From assembly GCA_964035545.1 (NCBI GenBank), contig OZ037765.1:3100001-3164000 (forward strand): a stretch of 64,000 nucleotides of DNA, written 5' to 3'. This document shows, piece after piece, positions 1-12,800 of the stretch. The notes beneath the pieces were generated by a model. That model saw only the letters and a list, made by a program, of their open reading frames with translations, had not been told where the DNA came from and did not search any database. Within the stretch, counting starts at the first letter, position 1, and each line of letters starts with the position of its first letter. The translations under genes and the position numbers were made by a program. Source of the DNA: Bugula neritina. Its lineage: Eukaryota; Animalia; Bryozoa.

Positions 1-595
1 GTTTGGACAACAAGCTAACACTACCAAGTTATATGCTATGCAGATCGATGCTTGACTTAACTCTACTCATAAATTGATCTACATATAAGCGGTTCTTGGA
101 TTGATATTTCACTTTGGATGCATTGTAAGTCACTATGTAGTCAGCTTGAAGTAAGTGAATAAAATTTTTAATATTTATTAAATATTATAATTAGCCCATA
201 AAATAAAAAATTGTTGAAAAATGTAAAAAATGCTTTCAAACAATGTTTTGCTAACTAGCTATTCATCATAACACAACTACTGGCAAGTATTTTAACAATA
301 ATAATTATATTAATAGTTTCATTGCTCCAATATATTATTCTAATTTATTTATCCATTTATTTATTGCTTTTATAATAAATGATAAAAAAAGCAGCTCAGC
401 TTTTTCTATTTGGAAGCAAATGCTCATTTCAAAAGCTATACTATTATAAGCCTTATATATGTAGGAGACATTGGCTATAAAAGCAAAATACAAAGCGGTC
501 CTAATTTGATTCAAACTGTTTTATTAGACTGAGGACAAAATTATGTACTCTAACAAGATAAAATAAAATGGAAAAATACACAAACATCCAACAAC

Positions 596-2220
596 ATGGC
601 TTCTTCTAAGTTAATATCTGAACGTTGGAACAACCTGATAATGCACAGCTTTTCTTCATGCATGACATTAGTATTGTTGTGCTGGGTTGAGTGGGGTGAG
701 TAATATTAATTTTTATACAATTAATTGCATCCTTTTATTACTACTTATTATTATTTTATTGTTTCAAAATATTAAAAAATTTGGGACTCTTGTGGCTTCT
801 AAAATATTAGTGCGCTTTACAGTTATAGTTAAATCTATAATGTAATATGACATCTACTTATGGAAACTATACACCAGCTATAATGCGAGTTTGGAAAGCT
901 TGTTGAATAATTAGAGCTATACTTATATTATCATAGCTATGTTAGCTACACTATGTTTTATACATGCAATATATTATGGTTTTAGCTACTACAAAATAGC
1001 TAACTGTTTAGACTGTTATATAAACCCAGCATTTACTTCGATGTATTCACTTTTTCTCTAAAAGTTTGCTCTTTTTTTCAGACTGCGATAATAAACATGC
1101 ATATAATAAAACGCAACAGTTATCTTGCATTATTTTTCCTAATAAAAATTACATTACGCTTTGGTTATATTATTAATAATATTAAAATTTGATTTTACAG
1201 TTTGTTAGCAGTTGTCTACCCATATATCGAAAATGAACATAAGCAGACAACTCCCAACAATGAAGTGAAATTAAATTGTCTTTTAGGAAGTGCTGAAGTT
1301 CTTTCCTCATCAATAACGGTGTATGACAGCAGCTCCAATAGTCCCCTTTCTTCACCTGCACTTGTAGCGCAAAACACGAATATCGATATACAATGTAGAG
1401 CTACCTTTTCTCAGGATACTATTGGTCGATCATGGTCCAATCAAATGCACTATAAGATAGGATTGACAGTTGACTTTCCAGTGGTAAGTTGTATTCTTTT
1501 GGTAAATGCAATTCATACAACAGACGAATTTCAGTCTCTTGCAGTGTTAACTTCATGTGAAAAAATTATAAGAAATTTTTACTCAAAACTAAAAGTTGCA
1601 TATTTCTGCAGTCTCTAACTCATCACAAAATTGTATTATTATATAAAAACAAGAAAAATCATAAATTATGATTTATGCATGAGACATTTACCAGTTGGTA
1701 GTTGAAATATCATGTAAAATTGACATAATTGGCTAAGAACAAGTATTTGTTCTAGTTATATTATAGCATATCATGAACTGATTTGAAAAAAGTCATTAGA
1801 ATTATATTATTATACAATTTTAGACAAATTGTTCTGGTAGCCATGATGACGACATGAAGGTGAAACATGAATCAGACTATAACTACATTCTACCCTATGG
1901 ACTGACGTGTGGCTATAACAGAATGACAGCAAAGCTCAAGGTCACGGCATCACCTTCATCAGAAGTTAGATGTTTGTGGAGTCTCGACAACACTAACTAC
2001 ACATTTGAGGACTTTGTAACTATTCTGACGTATAATAGTAAGTGTTTCAGTTACATATATAATATTACACTGTGTAACTGTAACTTATAGAATAATATTA
2101 AGTATATTACAATCGATTATAAACATCTGGTATTAAACATACATTTCATTTTGTCTTGAATAACTTTTAAAATATTATATTAATTAAATTATTATTTATA
2201 TCGCCACTGGGGTGTATACT

Positions 2221-2296
<76 letters not shown>

Positions 2297-2833
2297 CTGC
2301 CACAAATATTTTCATTTTATTGCAGAAATCCAAACCTATTCCACGTCAACCAGCAACTTTGTTGAACGTAAGCAGAAATAATTCATTTAAATTTTTAATT
2401 ACTCTTAAAATAGTATAGTTAAAACATATATGGTATAATATATTTATGATATAATGTTATAGATGATATACTTCTGGAAAAACAATTTTTAGGAAAATTT
2501 TTCTATTTTGTAGTATTAATTGCGGACTCACATTTCAGGCTTATTTTCTGCAGGCTTAATGTGAATTTTATATATGAAGTGAAAATCGGTGAAATGACCA
2601 ATAGCTACGCTCAAATATAAAATACATGCTACGTTGAAAAATAAATTTTAGCATAGTTTCTGTTTTTGGAGGAAGAGCGGAGAGTGACAGGCCCCGTAAT
2701 AAGCACGTGGGCTTTCATCATGGTGGTGGTAGCAGTGGTATCTGTGGCCAGCTTGGTTGGGCTCATCATTTGGATTACAAGTTATGAATCAACAGCCAAA
2801 TCGATGCCTCTAAATAGTCAGCTGATTGAGTAA
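596..2833 (+). CDS. Single-Ig-domain membrane (or secreted) protein, paralog of the 3-Ig receptor on the opposite strand; 5 exons
   Basis: Exons: 596-695 (MASSK...MTLVLLCWVEW, signal-like, G|gtgagt), 1287-1483 (GSAEVLSSSITVYD...IDIQCRATF...SWSN), 1824-2037 (TNCSG...LTCGYNRMTAKL...VRCLWS...ILTY), 2326-2367 (S/T-rich KIQTYSTSTSNFVE), and a last exon at ~2652-2833 with the hydrophobic segment WAFIMVVVAVVSVASLVGLIIWI. Phases are consistent through exon 4. The last acceptor is ambiguous (see findings). Confidence 0.7.
2221..2290. repeat. (TG)n(TA)n microsatellite
   Basis: A short TG run followed by about 30 TA units, in intron 3 of the one-Ig gene. Confidence 0.97.
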
Positions 2834-2859
2834 TGAGTCACCCTTTGTACTCAACTATA

Positions 2860-3060
2860 CTAACACTTATACTATAACAACTGTATACATTCAACTGTAG
2901 CAGCTGTATAGCCTACTATATACTATTATAGTAACTGTATACTATAGTAACTGTATACTATACACTATATAGTGACAGCATTGTACTATAATATTTTACT
3001 ACTAATCACACCAGCAACTCTACTACTCAATATACTAGCAACTATACAAACAATAGCTTT
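2860..3060. repeat. Degenerate short tandem repeat (ctatagtaactgtata-like) in the putative 3' UTR
   Basis: Repeated 'tatagtaactgtatac' and variants downstream of the stop at 2833. Confidence 0.65.
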
Positions 3061-3877
3061 TACTCTACAAAAGTTAAAGTTGTTGACAGCATATTTCGTT
3101 AAAAAATTATAATCAGCCAAGTGTAAAATAAAATTTTCCTCACCCACACTAAGAGTTATGTTTTCATATCCAATATTGAGTTATTATCACCACAAATGAG
3201 TGGTTTTAAGCTTCTTAATTGAAAAGAAAAGTTTATTGAAACTTTAGACACAATTTTATTTTTTAAGTATAAATAATGAATCAAGAGTGAGCAAGAAATT
3301 TATTGATTAACTTTTTACAAGTGTACAAAATAGGAACTAAAGGTGAAAATTACTCTAATATTTACGATTCAAAACCAGAAAAGGTGAATCAGTCTATCAA
3401 AAAGTTTAATCAATGCAACTATGATTATTGGGGAAAAAGAATACTAGTTCTGAAAATTGTGAAAAAATTAAAATATTACTAAGCAAAATACCAAACTGAT
3501 TTAGAGCTACTAAAAGGTACAATGTAAGACCAGTTACTTGTTCATCACAATGTGAGTAAACAATGCCATTGATTACAAACACTATTTTCTAGAAAATCAT
3601 TACTTCAAGCTTAGCACCAAATTACTAGAAATCAAAGAGTTTAATGATTGACCAAGAGAGCACAACACCTAATTAATGACACGCTGCTTAAATAATAGCA
3701 TAGCATAATAATAATATACAATAATAAAATATTTCTACTTAAGTACAAGATATATGCATAGTATATAACTACAAGAACTGAAAGGTGAACTCTGACAGAA
3801 GAAATGGGAGATCAATTTACAACGATGGACACGAGTTTTGAGGCGATGAGTTCATGAGCAATACTGTAGTAGGGGCG

Positions 3878-6800
3878 TTAACAAGGCGCCCCGTATCGCC
3901 TATCATAAGACTCAGTGCCATAGTCTCTGTAGTCCTGAGTGTTATAATAGCCTGGGGGTCCATTCTCCATGGGCAGGGTGGAGTCAAACGCCTCATTCAT
4001 CTCATCCATACTGTACTGTATGGGCTTTCTACTCCTGGGCTTATCATCAATAGCATCAGCATAGTCCTCTACGTGCTGGGACTGCAAAATAATAACAACT
4101 TAAACAATATAATAAATTATTATAGTATAAAATATTGCAATATGCATTCTAGTTGTGTACATAGTTTATGGCTAACAGTAACACCTTAAACCATCTTAAA
4201 TAAGAGACACTAATTACTTTATATCAGAAAATGTCTTGGTCAACTGTTGGTAGCATTTCTTAAAAATAACAGAATTTATAACAAATTCACTTTTCATAGG
4301 AAATAAGCAAAGCAATCCTCTTCATAATATATATAATACATTACGGGGTTGGATGCGAAACAAAATGCATGCATACTTTGGAGTTGTCTATTTTTTGTTA
4401 ACCAGAAATATTAGGGAAACAAATCCCAATAAACTATTCATTGTGTATATTTTTAGCACTGGGAGTTGGGTTGCCCACTAGAATTATATTCGATGGGAGC
4501 TAGTCCTTTGAAACATTCACTAAACAATCAGTTGAGATTAGAATATATAATAAACTTTGGAAAATTGAACTACGCATTAGTTGGAATAAAGGAAGACCAC
4601 ATTTCTGTCATAGTGGTAGCAGCGCATAATTTTGTGGTTGGTTAGATGAGAAATGGGAAGTGCTATAGAAAGCAACTAACAGGGAGTGTAATGTTTGCAT
4701 AATCTACTTATTTTAATGTGTTCCCCAAATGCATTAGCATTCATTCTAAAAATAGATTTAATTGTGGGGTAGCCTAGCTCATCTGTGGATTGTATTATTC
4801 AACAGGAAGCTATGGATTGAGAATGTCAATAATACAGTCAAATTACCAATTCATGTTCACAAAATACCTCTCTATACTTCAAGAAATAAACTTGTCCAAA
4901 CTAACATGAAATGTTGGTTGTTTTGCTGCAAATAAAAGCAGTGGTAGGAATTGTAAAGATTTGTGTCACATTCTTTCTAACAGGTAAAAGAATGCCACCT
5001 TATAGCGCAGGGTTCAGTTTAACAGAAATTAAGAACTGCTTTCCCTTTATATTTCGCAGTTGTGGGTTAGCTAACTGGTTTCACTTGGTAATGTATGGCT
5101 ACGCTCGGGTTCTTAGAGCTGTATACAAGAAACATTCCCTCTCAGTGTGTTAAGACTTCATAACTTTTGCTTTTTTCTATTCAACTAGTATGATGGCTTT
5201 CTTAAAAGGGAAAGCGATTTTTCATAATTTGCCAAAATTGTCGGCTAGAATAAAATTAGGGTTTTTCGAGAAACTTATTTATAAATTCAAACATCTTCAA
5301 GTGATAAAAATTCCTGTTTGAACTAAAATTCCATCTTCAAAAATCCGGTTGGAGGTTAAAGAAGCAAATTTCACAACTTATAATAACTGTTGCCGCAAAA
5401 ACACGTGTTTTACTTTATAACACATGATTCACAAAGATGATGAAAACAATTAAAAGTATATAAAATAATGATTTGCTGTAAAATCATTCCATTGGCATCC
5501 TGAGAAGCTGACATTTGACCTCTACAAAGTCCGGCATCACTAATCAATAAAATGATCTAACACATCATTAACTGCTGGCTAAATGCAGTATGTTATTAGG
5601 ATAAATTACGTATATTTTAAATTCAAGTATGCCTAAGTGCTACACCATCTTGGTAGAAGGAAACATCAAAGTACAACTAAAAAGTTAGCCAATAAAATCA
5701 TGCTGGCTAAAATATCAAACAGTGGTTCTAAAGCATGTAACTACAGCTGTTGCAAGAATTCTCTAGAAGATCTGCCCGTATTTTTTCTCAAATATGTACA
5801 AATATAGCAGAAATTTCCTTGTAGATGAGAATTTCCTTTAGCTTTACTTGAGGCATCACTATACTATATACTATACTACAGACTATCAGCAAGCTGGGGG
5901 AGAGAATAATGAATATTTGTGGCTGGATCTGACATCACCAATGACCTTTAATGACCTTTTCATATTCTGCAAACATATCCCTTACAAGGCAAAACTAAAA
6001 TGTTCCTACGAAATATTATGTCCAAATTGTAATGATTTTAGTGACTTAATTTGGAGTTGTCTGTACAGTAAACAGGAAGTAACAACCAGGAAAACCATCC
6101 TAATATTATGACTCAGACCCCATGACCAACAGGATGTTGAAAACGACGGCTAAAAATTTCTGCAGCTGCGTTACATTTAGCAATTTTATGAAATGTTTAG
6201 TAATGAGAGATTCTTGTTACTGAATTAGATAAAATGTCAACTTTGGACTCATTTTAAAATAATTGAAAAAGTTGACTGAAGCAAATGATTAAAAACAGTT
6301 GGCTGATACAGAAATTAAACGCAGCCATAGACCAACAGTGCATAGGTTTGAGTATAGGAAAGTATATAAGAATATGTGAAAAGTAGCAGTCAAGTTTTTA
6401 TACTAACATAGAGTATGTAGGTATGCTTGGGTTTATACTCCAGTCATCAGTTCAAAGGTTAATCTCGTATTTTGACAATTACTGCCAAGAATGTGATAGT
6501 AGAATGTGAGAGCCACTCTATTGGGATAATAACTAAATAAGGGGCTAAAGTTGGCTCTACGCCAGTGGGACACAGGGTTGAGAATAAAACTTGATGTCTT
6601 CAAGCCAAGTGAGGCATCTGGTAGGAGATCTTATCTCAAATGAGTGAGATATCATTGCATAAGTTTCAAAATAATTGTGTAAAATTAGAAAGTTTTTAAA
6701 GTCAAAAATTTGAGTTGCACAACATTAAAAAAGAATATTACAAATCAGTATTTCAAGAGATACAGAATCAGTAAGTAGTAAGTTGAGTGTTTCAACAGTC

Positions 6801-9800
6801 GGCAGCCTCTGTCACTGCCGGATATGACTGACTCAGAATAACACAAGCACACTTCACAGTCAAAAGTCATCAAGATTGAGAAAGCTCTCAGTACCCCAGT
6901 GTTCCACATAGTTATCAGAAAACTAAAAAATGATACTGCAGCCACCCCCCCCCCCCCTAACCTGGTCAATCTCCAAACCCGTACAGGCATAATGAGTGAC
7001 CACATTGTGAGTGTTTCAATGGCAGCATAACCACTTATTAGAGGCTGTGTTTTGGTCAAATGGCTCAAATTACTCATATAAATTAACCAGCAAGTAACTG
7101 CTACAAAGCAAGCTTGGTCAATAATGCAGACTAGCTGAAACAGTCCAACTTGTTAACTAACTATAGATAATCTTAACATTGTTTTCTGATATCCATTGAA
7201 ATATGTATTTTACCACAGAGGCTATGAAATAAAACATTATTTATTGCAAACACCATGTTATTGCGGTCCTTTACTTATGGGTAGAATTTAGCAGCATGCA
7301 GTATAACCTTTATGAGTAAGTGAATGGTAGTCATAAAGAGAAAGTAGTAGGAGCTGCACGATGCTATGTGGCTACAAATGTTGCCGAGTGATTCAAATTA
7401 ACTCTATTTATTAACATTGGCAATAGGTAAGCTAATGTAATCAGTTTGCTTATGACTTTTATTAACCGATAAATGCTAGCAAATCAACTCTAAGATTACA
7501 GAATTAGCTGAATGATACGGCAGGCAGCCTTAACTCAACCCCCACTCCAAAGGCAAACTAATTTCAAAGTCACAATATCAACGTATATATGGCATTGAAG
7601 CAAGATATGCTCACTAAAGCTGAAACAACGTTGAATATTCAAAGTCAAAGATATATTTCGCCATTAGATAGTTTGAATTGTCCACACAGTATGTAGGTTA
7701 GGCTAAGGTTTTAGAATGTAGGAGGGCCAAAGGCTACATATCTGAGATTCTTTTGAACCGGAGATTGTAGTTATATTTAGAAGGGAAAGCTGCTATCAAT
7801 ATGTTGCTATAGCTGCATAGCAAGGCATGTTTGTACAGCAGATAGCTTAGTCGCTGTACCAAAACCTAACCTATATCAACTTTTTAAACCACTGCCAGAT
7901 ATACAGATGACTCATAGTCCAACGTAGGACAACACAATACAGGGGAGATAACAAACAAATGACTATTTAGCATTACAAATCATAAATGGCCATTTCTTCA
8001 AAAACCTGCGCTGGGTTTACACTCATTCAAGTTCATATTTTCAAATAAAGTTTTAAACAATAAGCAGACTTATTAGAAAGTCCCAACTAGAAATAATTTT
8101 GAAAATGTTGCGTAATGATCTAAAAGCACTGGATAGTGTTTTACTTCAACTAACTAAAACAGATGGGAAATGTTTAAAAATATTATATAATTATAAATAT
8201 AAAATATTATAAAAAAATAGTGGTACATTGAATATGCTTAGTAAACGTTGATTGAGTTTATAAATTCTCGCCCAAATCTTCTCCTAGCAAATTATACAGA
8301 GTAACTCACTCACTATGAATACAGTATTCAAATACACACAATAGAGCATCGGGGAAGGACTTAATAGCAGTGGCTAAGCTATCTAAACTTCATAACTGTA
8401 CAAAGGATTCTATTCTAGTTGAATTAAATGTTGTATAACTGCTCACTTAACAAAAAACTATTTCCAACTTAAACCCAGACATGATGAAAATTAAGTTAAA
8501 GGAATCAGTAAGCTGGGGCAAAGATTCAAGTGATTGTATGATCAATTCTTGGCATACAAGAATATTGATGACTTAACCAGGTATAATCTGTATTATCTGA
8601 AGTGTGCTTCAACTGTCAACAGGTAAAATTATGGCTATAAAACTCTCATGATGTTGTATAATACAGACAGTATTATTAGTCTGACAGATTGAGATAGCTT
8701 AGGTTGTAAACACTTCATATTCATTTTGAATCAGAAATTCACCTTTATCAGTTTCTAATATGTTAAATACAAGGCGTGCTTTAAAAATTCTCACACATTT
8801 ATTTATTTACAGTCTTCAAAATTAGCTTCCAAACAACAGAACATAAATTCAAGATAAGAAGTAAAGTAAAGCCATAATTTCACATAATACCATTAGTGAG
8901 GTTTATAAAAGTGTGTTTTGGTTTCTGAGAGTGTAACTGGTATTTGTTATGACTTCTGAGAGTGAGTAATGTTTGATTGTTCTGGTTTGGCAAGGGTGCA
9001 GTGTTGTTCAACTACCATGATTTAGAAGATTCAGGAGAAATAGTAAAAGGTAAGAAGAAACACCCTGGTGGATATTGCACTCACAAAATATTTGGATATT
9101 AAAAACTCCCAACAAAAACTTCAACAAATGAAAAATATACTTCTGAAATATTCAAAAAAAGTGTTATTTTATTCATATTTCGGTTAGCGTTGGAAGTTGA
9201 ACTCCTATAAAATATCTTCGAGAGCTTTATACACTGAAATCTACTGACTCAACTATGTATAGGCATCAGTGGGCTGATTTCATAGTTTAACCTTTTAACT
9301 CGATTTCAAACAGATATGTTGAAACTTTGCAATAGATATTAAATTAATACTCAGCCTAGTTCAAAGTGTAAATTAACCATCATAATGGAAAACTTTCTTT
9401 TAATCTACTAGTAAAATGAGAATCAGCTGTGGTCTAGTGGATAGAGTGCTGACAGTGAGTGATGCCTACAGTCTACAGTCTACACCTTATACAGGTATAT
9501 AGCATCATTCTAGAAGCAGCTCCAAGTTGGGGGTAAAGGACAATTTTAGCTTGGGGGTCTCAAGTTTAGAAATAGGTTCTTAACTGCAAAACCTGAGACC
9601 CTCAAACTAGAACCATCATTCACCTCCAACTCAGAGCTGCTTCTAGAACAATTCTTAGTGCCGCAGTCAACATTGCCAAAGCTCCCATGATATGTTACAA
9701 CAGCTCTACCCCCCCCCCCCACCACAATCTGTTTAAATATTGCTCACCATCAAACAGTGGCGAGTATCAAATATTAATGGAGGAAACCAGCAACACTGCT

Positions 9801-12800
9801 AGCGTATTACTCAGCCTAACAACTATTGCCTCACCCAGAGCAAACAGGCAAACATACAGAGTAAATATAAAACTGAAGTCAAGTACTTGAGTTGATATGC
9901 TATCACTTCCCCTCTTTCAGTTAGTCATGTGATAAGCAGTTGACAAGCTGGACTGCTTCCCATGCAATAATATAAGTACAATTATTGTACCAGAAATATT
10001 ATAAAATTAATTCTAATTGTTGAGGAAAAGGGAAAACTGAGACTGAAAATAAAAGATATTTGTCAAAAAATGAGTTACTAAATGTTGTGTTGAAATTCTG
10101 GACTGAATTAGAGCAAAGTAGTTTCAGTATGTCATCTGACGTGTAAACTTGATAATTGAATGTCAACTGTATGTGCAGTGCCAATTTCATCTTCCATTTG
10201 GGCTAACTTTTACTTTAACAATAAATTCGGAGTTGGGCAACTCTTTTGCAGGAAATTAAACTACTGTTTTCAGGCGAAAGGAAAGCACAAATAAAACGAG
10301 ACACATTAGGAGATAAATATTAGAATACACTTACATATCTGTAGTCAGGGTTGCTAAGTGTAGATATATTTGGTTGGTCAGCTTTGTAGTTGTTCCTAAT
10401 AATATCTGGCTGGGCGCCTGGCGAATAGTCCCTGAAAATATAAATTATAAACTAGAAATGTGGCTAACATTGCAGACCTGACTAGTAGTAGTATGAACTA
10501 GTAACACTACTACTTCTCTCTCTCACAGTGCATGTTTGTTTATTCTTGATGTGACAGCGCCATATCACACAGACTCTGGCAGCAATTCGACCTAATTAAC
10601 TTCTCATACTCTCACTGACAGCTGCTATCAACATCTTAAAGGTAAGAGTGAACAAAGAGGGGCCACAGGCAGAAATAAAGTCCAATTTCAAGCAGTCATC
10701 ATCAAATAGAAGCTGGTTAGTAGGGTTTGGGCCTTTGTGTAGCATTTAATTAGGGCCCTTGACAGCATTGGGCTAATTACAGTGTATCGCGTGAGGAATG
10801 CATGAAACTAACTCTTTCCCAGTCATTAGAGCTACAAGCTCTAATACTGTAGGCTATCTACACACACAATCAATCTGCTCTCTGTATTGACCCGAAGGTA
10901 AGCCAGTGAATGACACAGATGGTATCAAAGCTTGCTTATGTGTGGATCTTACAAAATTTGAAGAAATGCCCAATACACAGAAATAGAGTTAGAGATAGCA
11001 GGCTGTTGACTAATGTTTGTTTTTGTGTTTCACACTGATGGTTGTTTTTAACTAAAGAAAAGTTATCAGAAGAGCAATGACTCATTCTACCATGAATGTG
11101 GACTGTTGGAAATGGCTGGCGGAAATGAAGCCAACACAACATTACCAAGTGTAGCAGAAATTCAATATTGAAAACTTTAAAAGGGTTGCGTATTAGTAAG
11201 AGAAGGGCTTGTACAATTCTTGAAATGAGAAGCATGTAAAAAATAAAACAACTTCTTTGTCTGTTTAAAAATACCAAAATGTTGGTAATTGCATTTTAGG
11301 AAGAACTACGATCACCTTATATTGATTATTGATTACAGATATAATACATGGTGGAGTAATGGAGAAGCACTTAAATGCGTTTGAGTCATGCAAACAGAAT
11401 AATGTTGTGATAATGATACGAACACCACCTCTAATTGATCCATTTATTCATAGAAGGCAGCTGGTGACTATACCTGTATTATTCTTATTGTTTATCTTAC
11501 AGCTAAGCAATCAACTATCAATGGATACGAATTGATTTTCCTATAAATTATCAAGCAAAACATTCAGTCATACCTAATGACACGAAGTAAGACTACCGCC
11601 TTAGTGCTAGGCTTTAGTCTACCTAACATAATCTCTCTTCTATAATCTTTCAAGTTTAAAATATTTAAATTTTAACAACTAAAGTAGAAAATAATCTAGA
11701 CTACTTCACAATACATACTGAGCTAGATTACCAGCTAGTCTACCTGCTAAAGCAATACTTAGTATTATATAATAACAAAGAACTTAATATAAAATCTATA
11801 CACGCAAGCTGTTATAAATTACTGAGCCAGGGGTTCACTGTTTGAGTTATAATTAAGGTATTGCAGTAGTAAACTAGTCTAGTAGTTTTAACAATTGATA
11901 GTTGAAGGTGGGGACACAGCCGTCTGTTGTATATGGAAAGCCTTCACTGATTGGTTGATTCAGAGTTGGTGTTATTTTTATTCCGTTTCATAGAATGAAA
12001 TGTGCTACTCTGATGTTATACTGTTACTAATTGACATTTTATGAGACTAATCTAATGGTGAGGTAATTAAAAATAGATAAACATTACGATCTACTGAGTA
12101 TGAAGCACAGATAGATGATAAAATAAACATTACTTACGGTGATTTGTACCCACTGCTTCCATTATTCTTTTCTAAAAATGATAAAAGAATAAAAATAAGA
12201 GTATACCTAGAACTGACTAGTTTGAAAGACTACAAAAAGAGCACAGGCTAAACAGCTTTACTAAGGGACGTGAAACTGGCTGGCACGAAATATAGTTTCA
12301 AAACTAAAATCTCAACTTGATTATGTAAATAAATGGAATAGCTACTAACTTAGTCTTGGGACTGGTGCCATTGAACCATTGAGAAATAGATATTAGCCTA
12401 AGTTTCCTACATTATTTATTGGGGTTTAAATTTTAACATTAATATTGTCTTTAAAGAGTGAGAAATCAAACCACTACAGCTGATAGAAAGATATACAGAG
12501 GAAGTGGAGTGATAGTTCTTTTACCTGGGAGTACAGAAAGCACCAACAACAGAGAAGAGTATTTATAGCAACATATATAATATGTGACCAGGGCACAACA
12601 AACACAGCGACTATAGTTAGTGATGTCAATCAATGTGAATACAGAAGTGCTGGTGAACTAGTTAGAATTGACAGATAGCTGTTAGTTGCACACGTCTCCT
12701 AGTCAATTTAGCATTTTTTAATATTTTACTAGACAAGTTTTAGTTTCAATCTGTGATATCTAATGGCTATTACAATATTCATGTTTTTGTTCCAATGTAT

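Noticed and set aside
1202-1286. N-terminal part of ORF 1202-1618 as coding sequence
   Set aside because: Paralog alignment and a phase-1 acceptor at 1286 indicate the exon starts at 1287; the rest is open intron.
3878-4081. Canonical ITAM/ITIM in the receptor tail
   Set aside because: No YxxL/I-x(6-12)-YxxL/I or (I/V/L/S)xYxx(L/V) match; IQYSMD and EDYADA deviate from consensus.
3854-4189. Hydrophobic 111-aa plus-strand ORF as a small membrane protein
   Set aside because: It is the antisense of the Asp/Tyr-rich last exon of the Ig receptor, which explains the hydrophobicity.
9420-9460. tRNA/SINE head (tggtctagtggatagagtgctg)
   Set aside because: A-box-like only, with no B box downstream; too fragmentary to call as a feature.
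4082-10334. Hidden gene or autonomous transposon in the 6.2-kb intron
   Set aside because: Only short motif-less ORFs and no transposase or RT signature. The candidate exon at ~9747-9815 has an in-frame stop.
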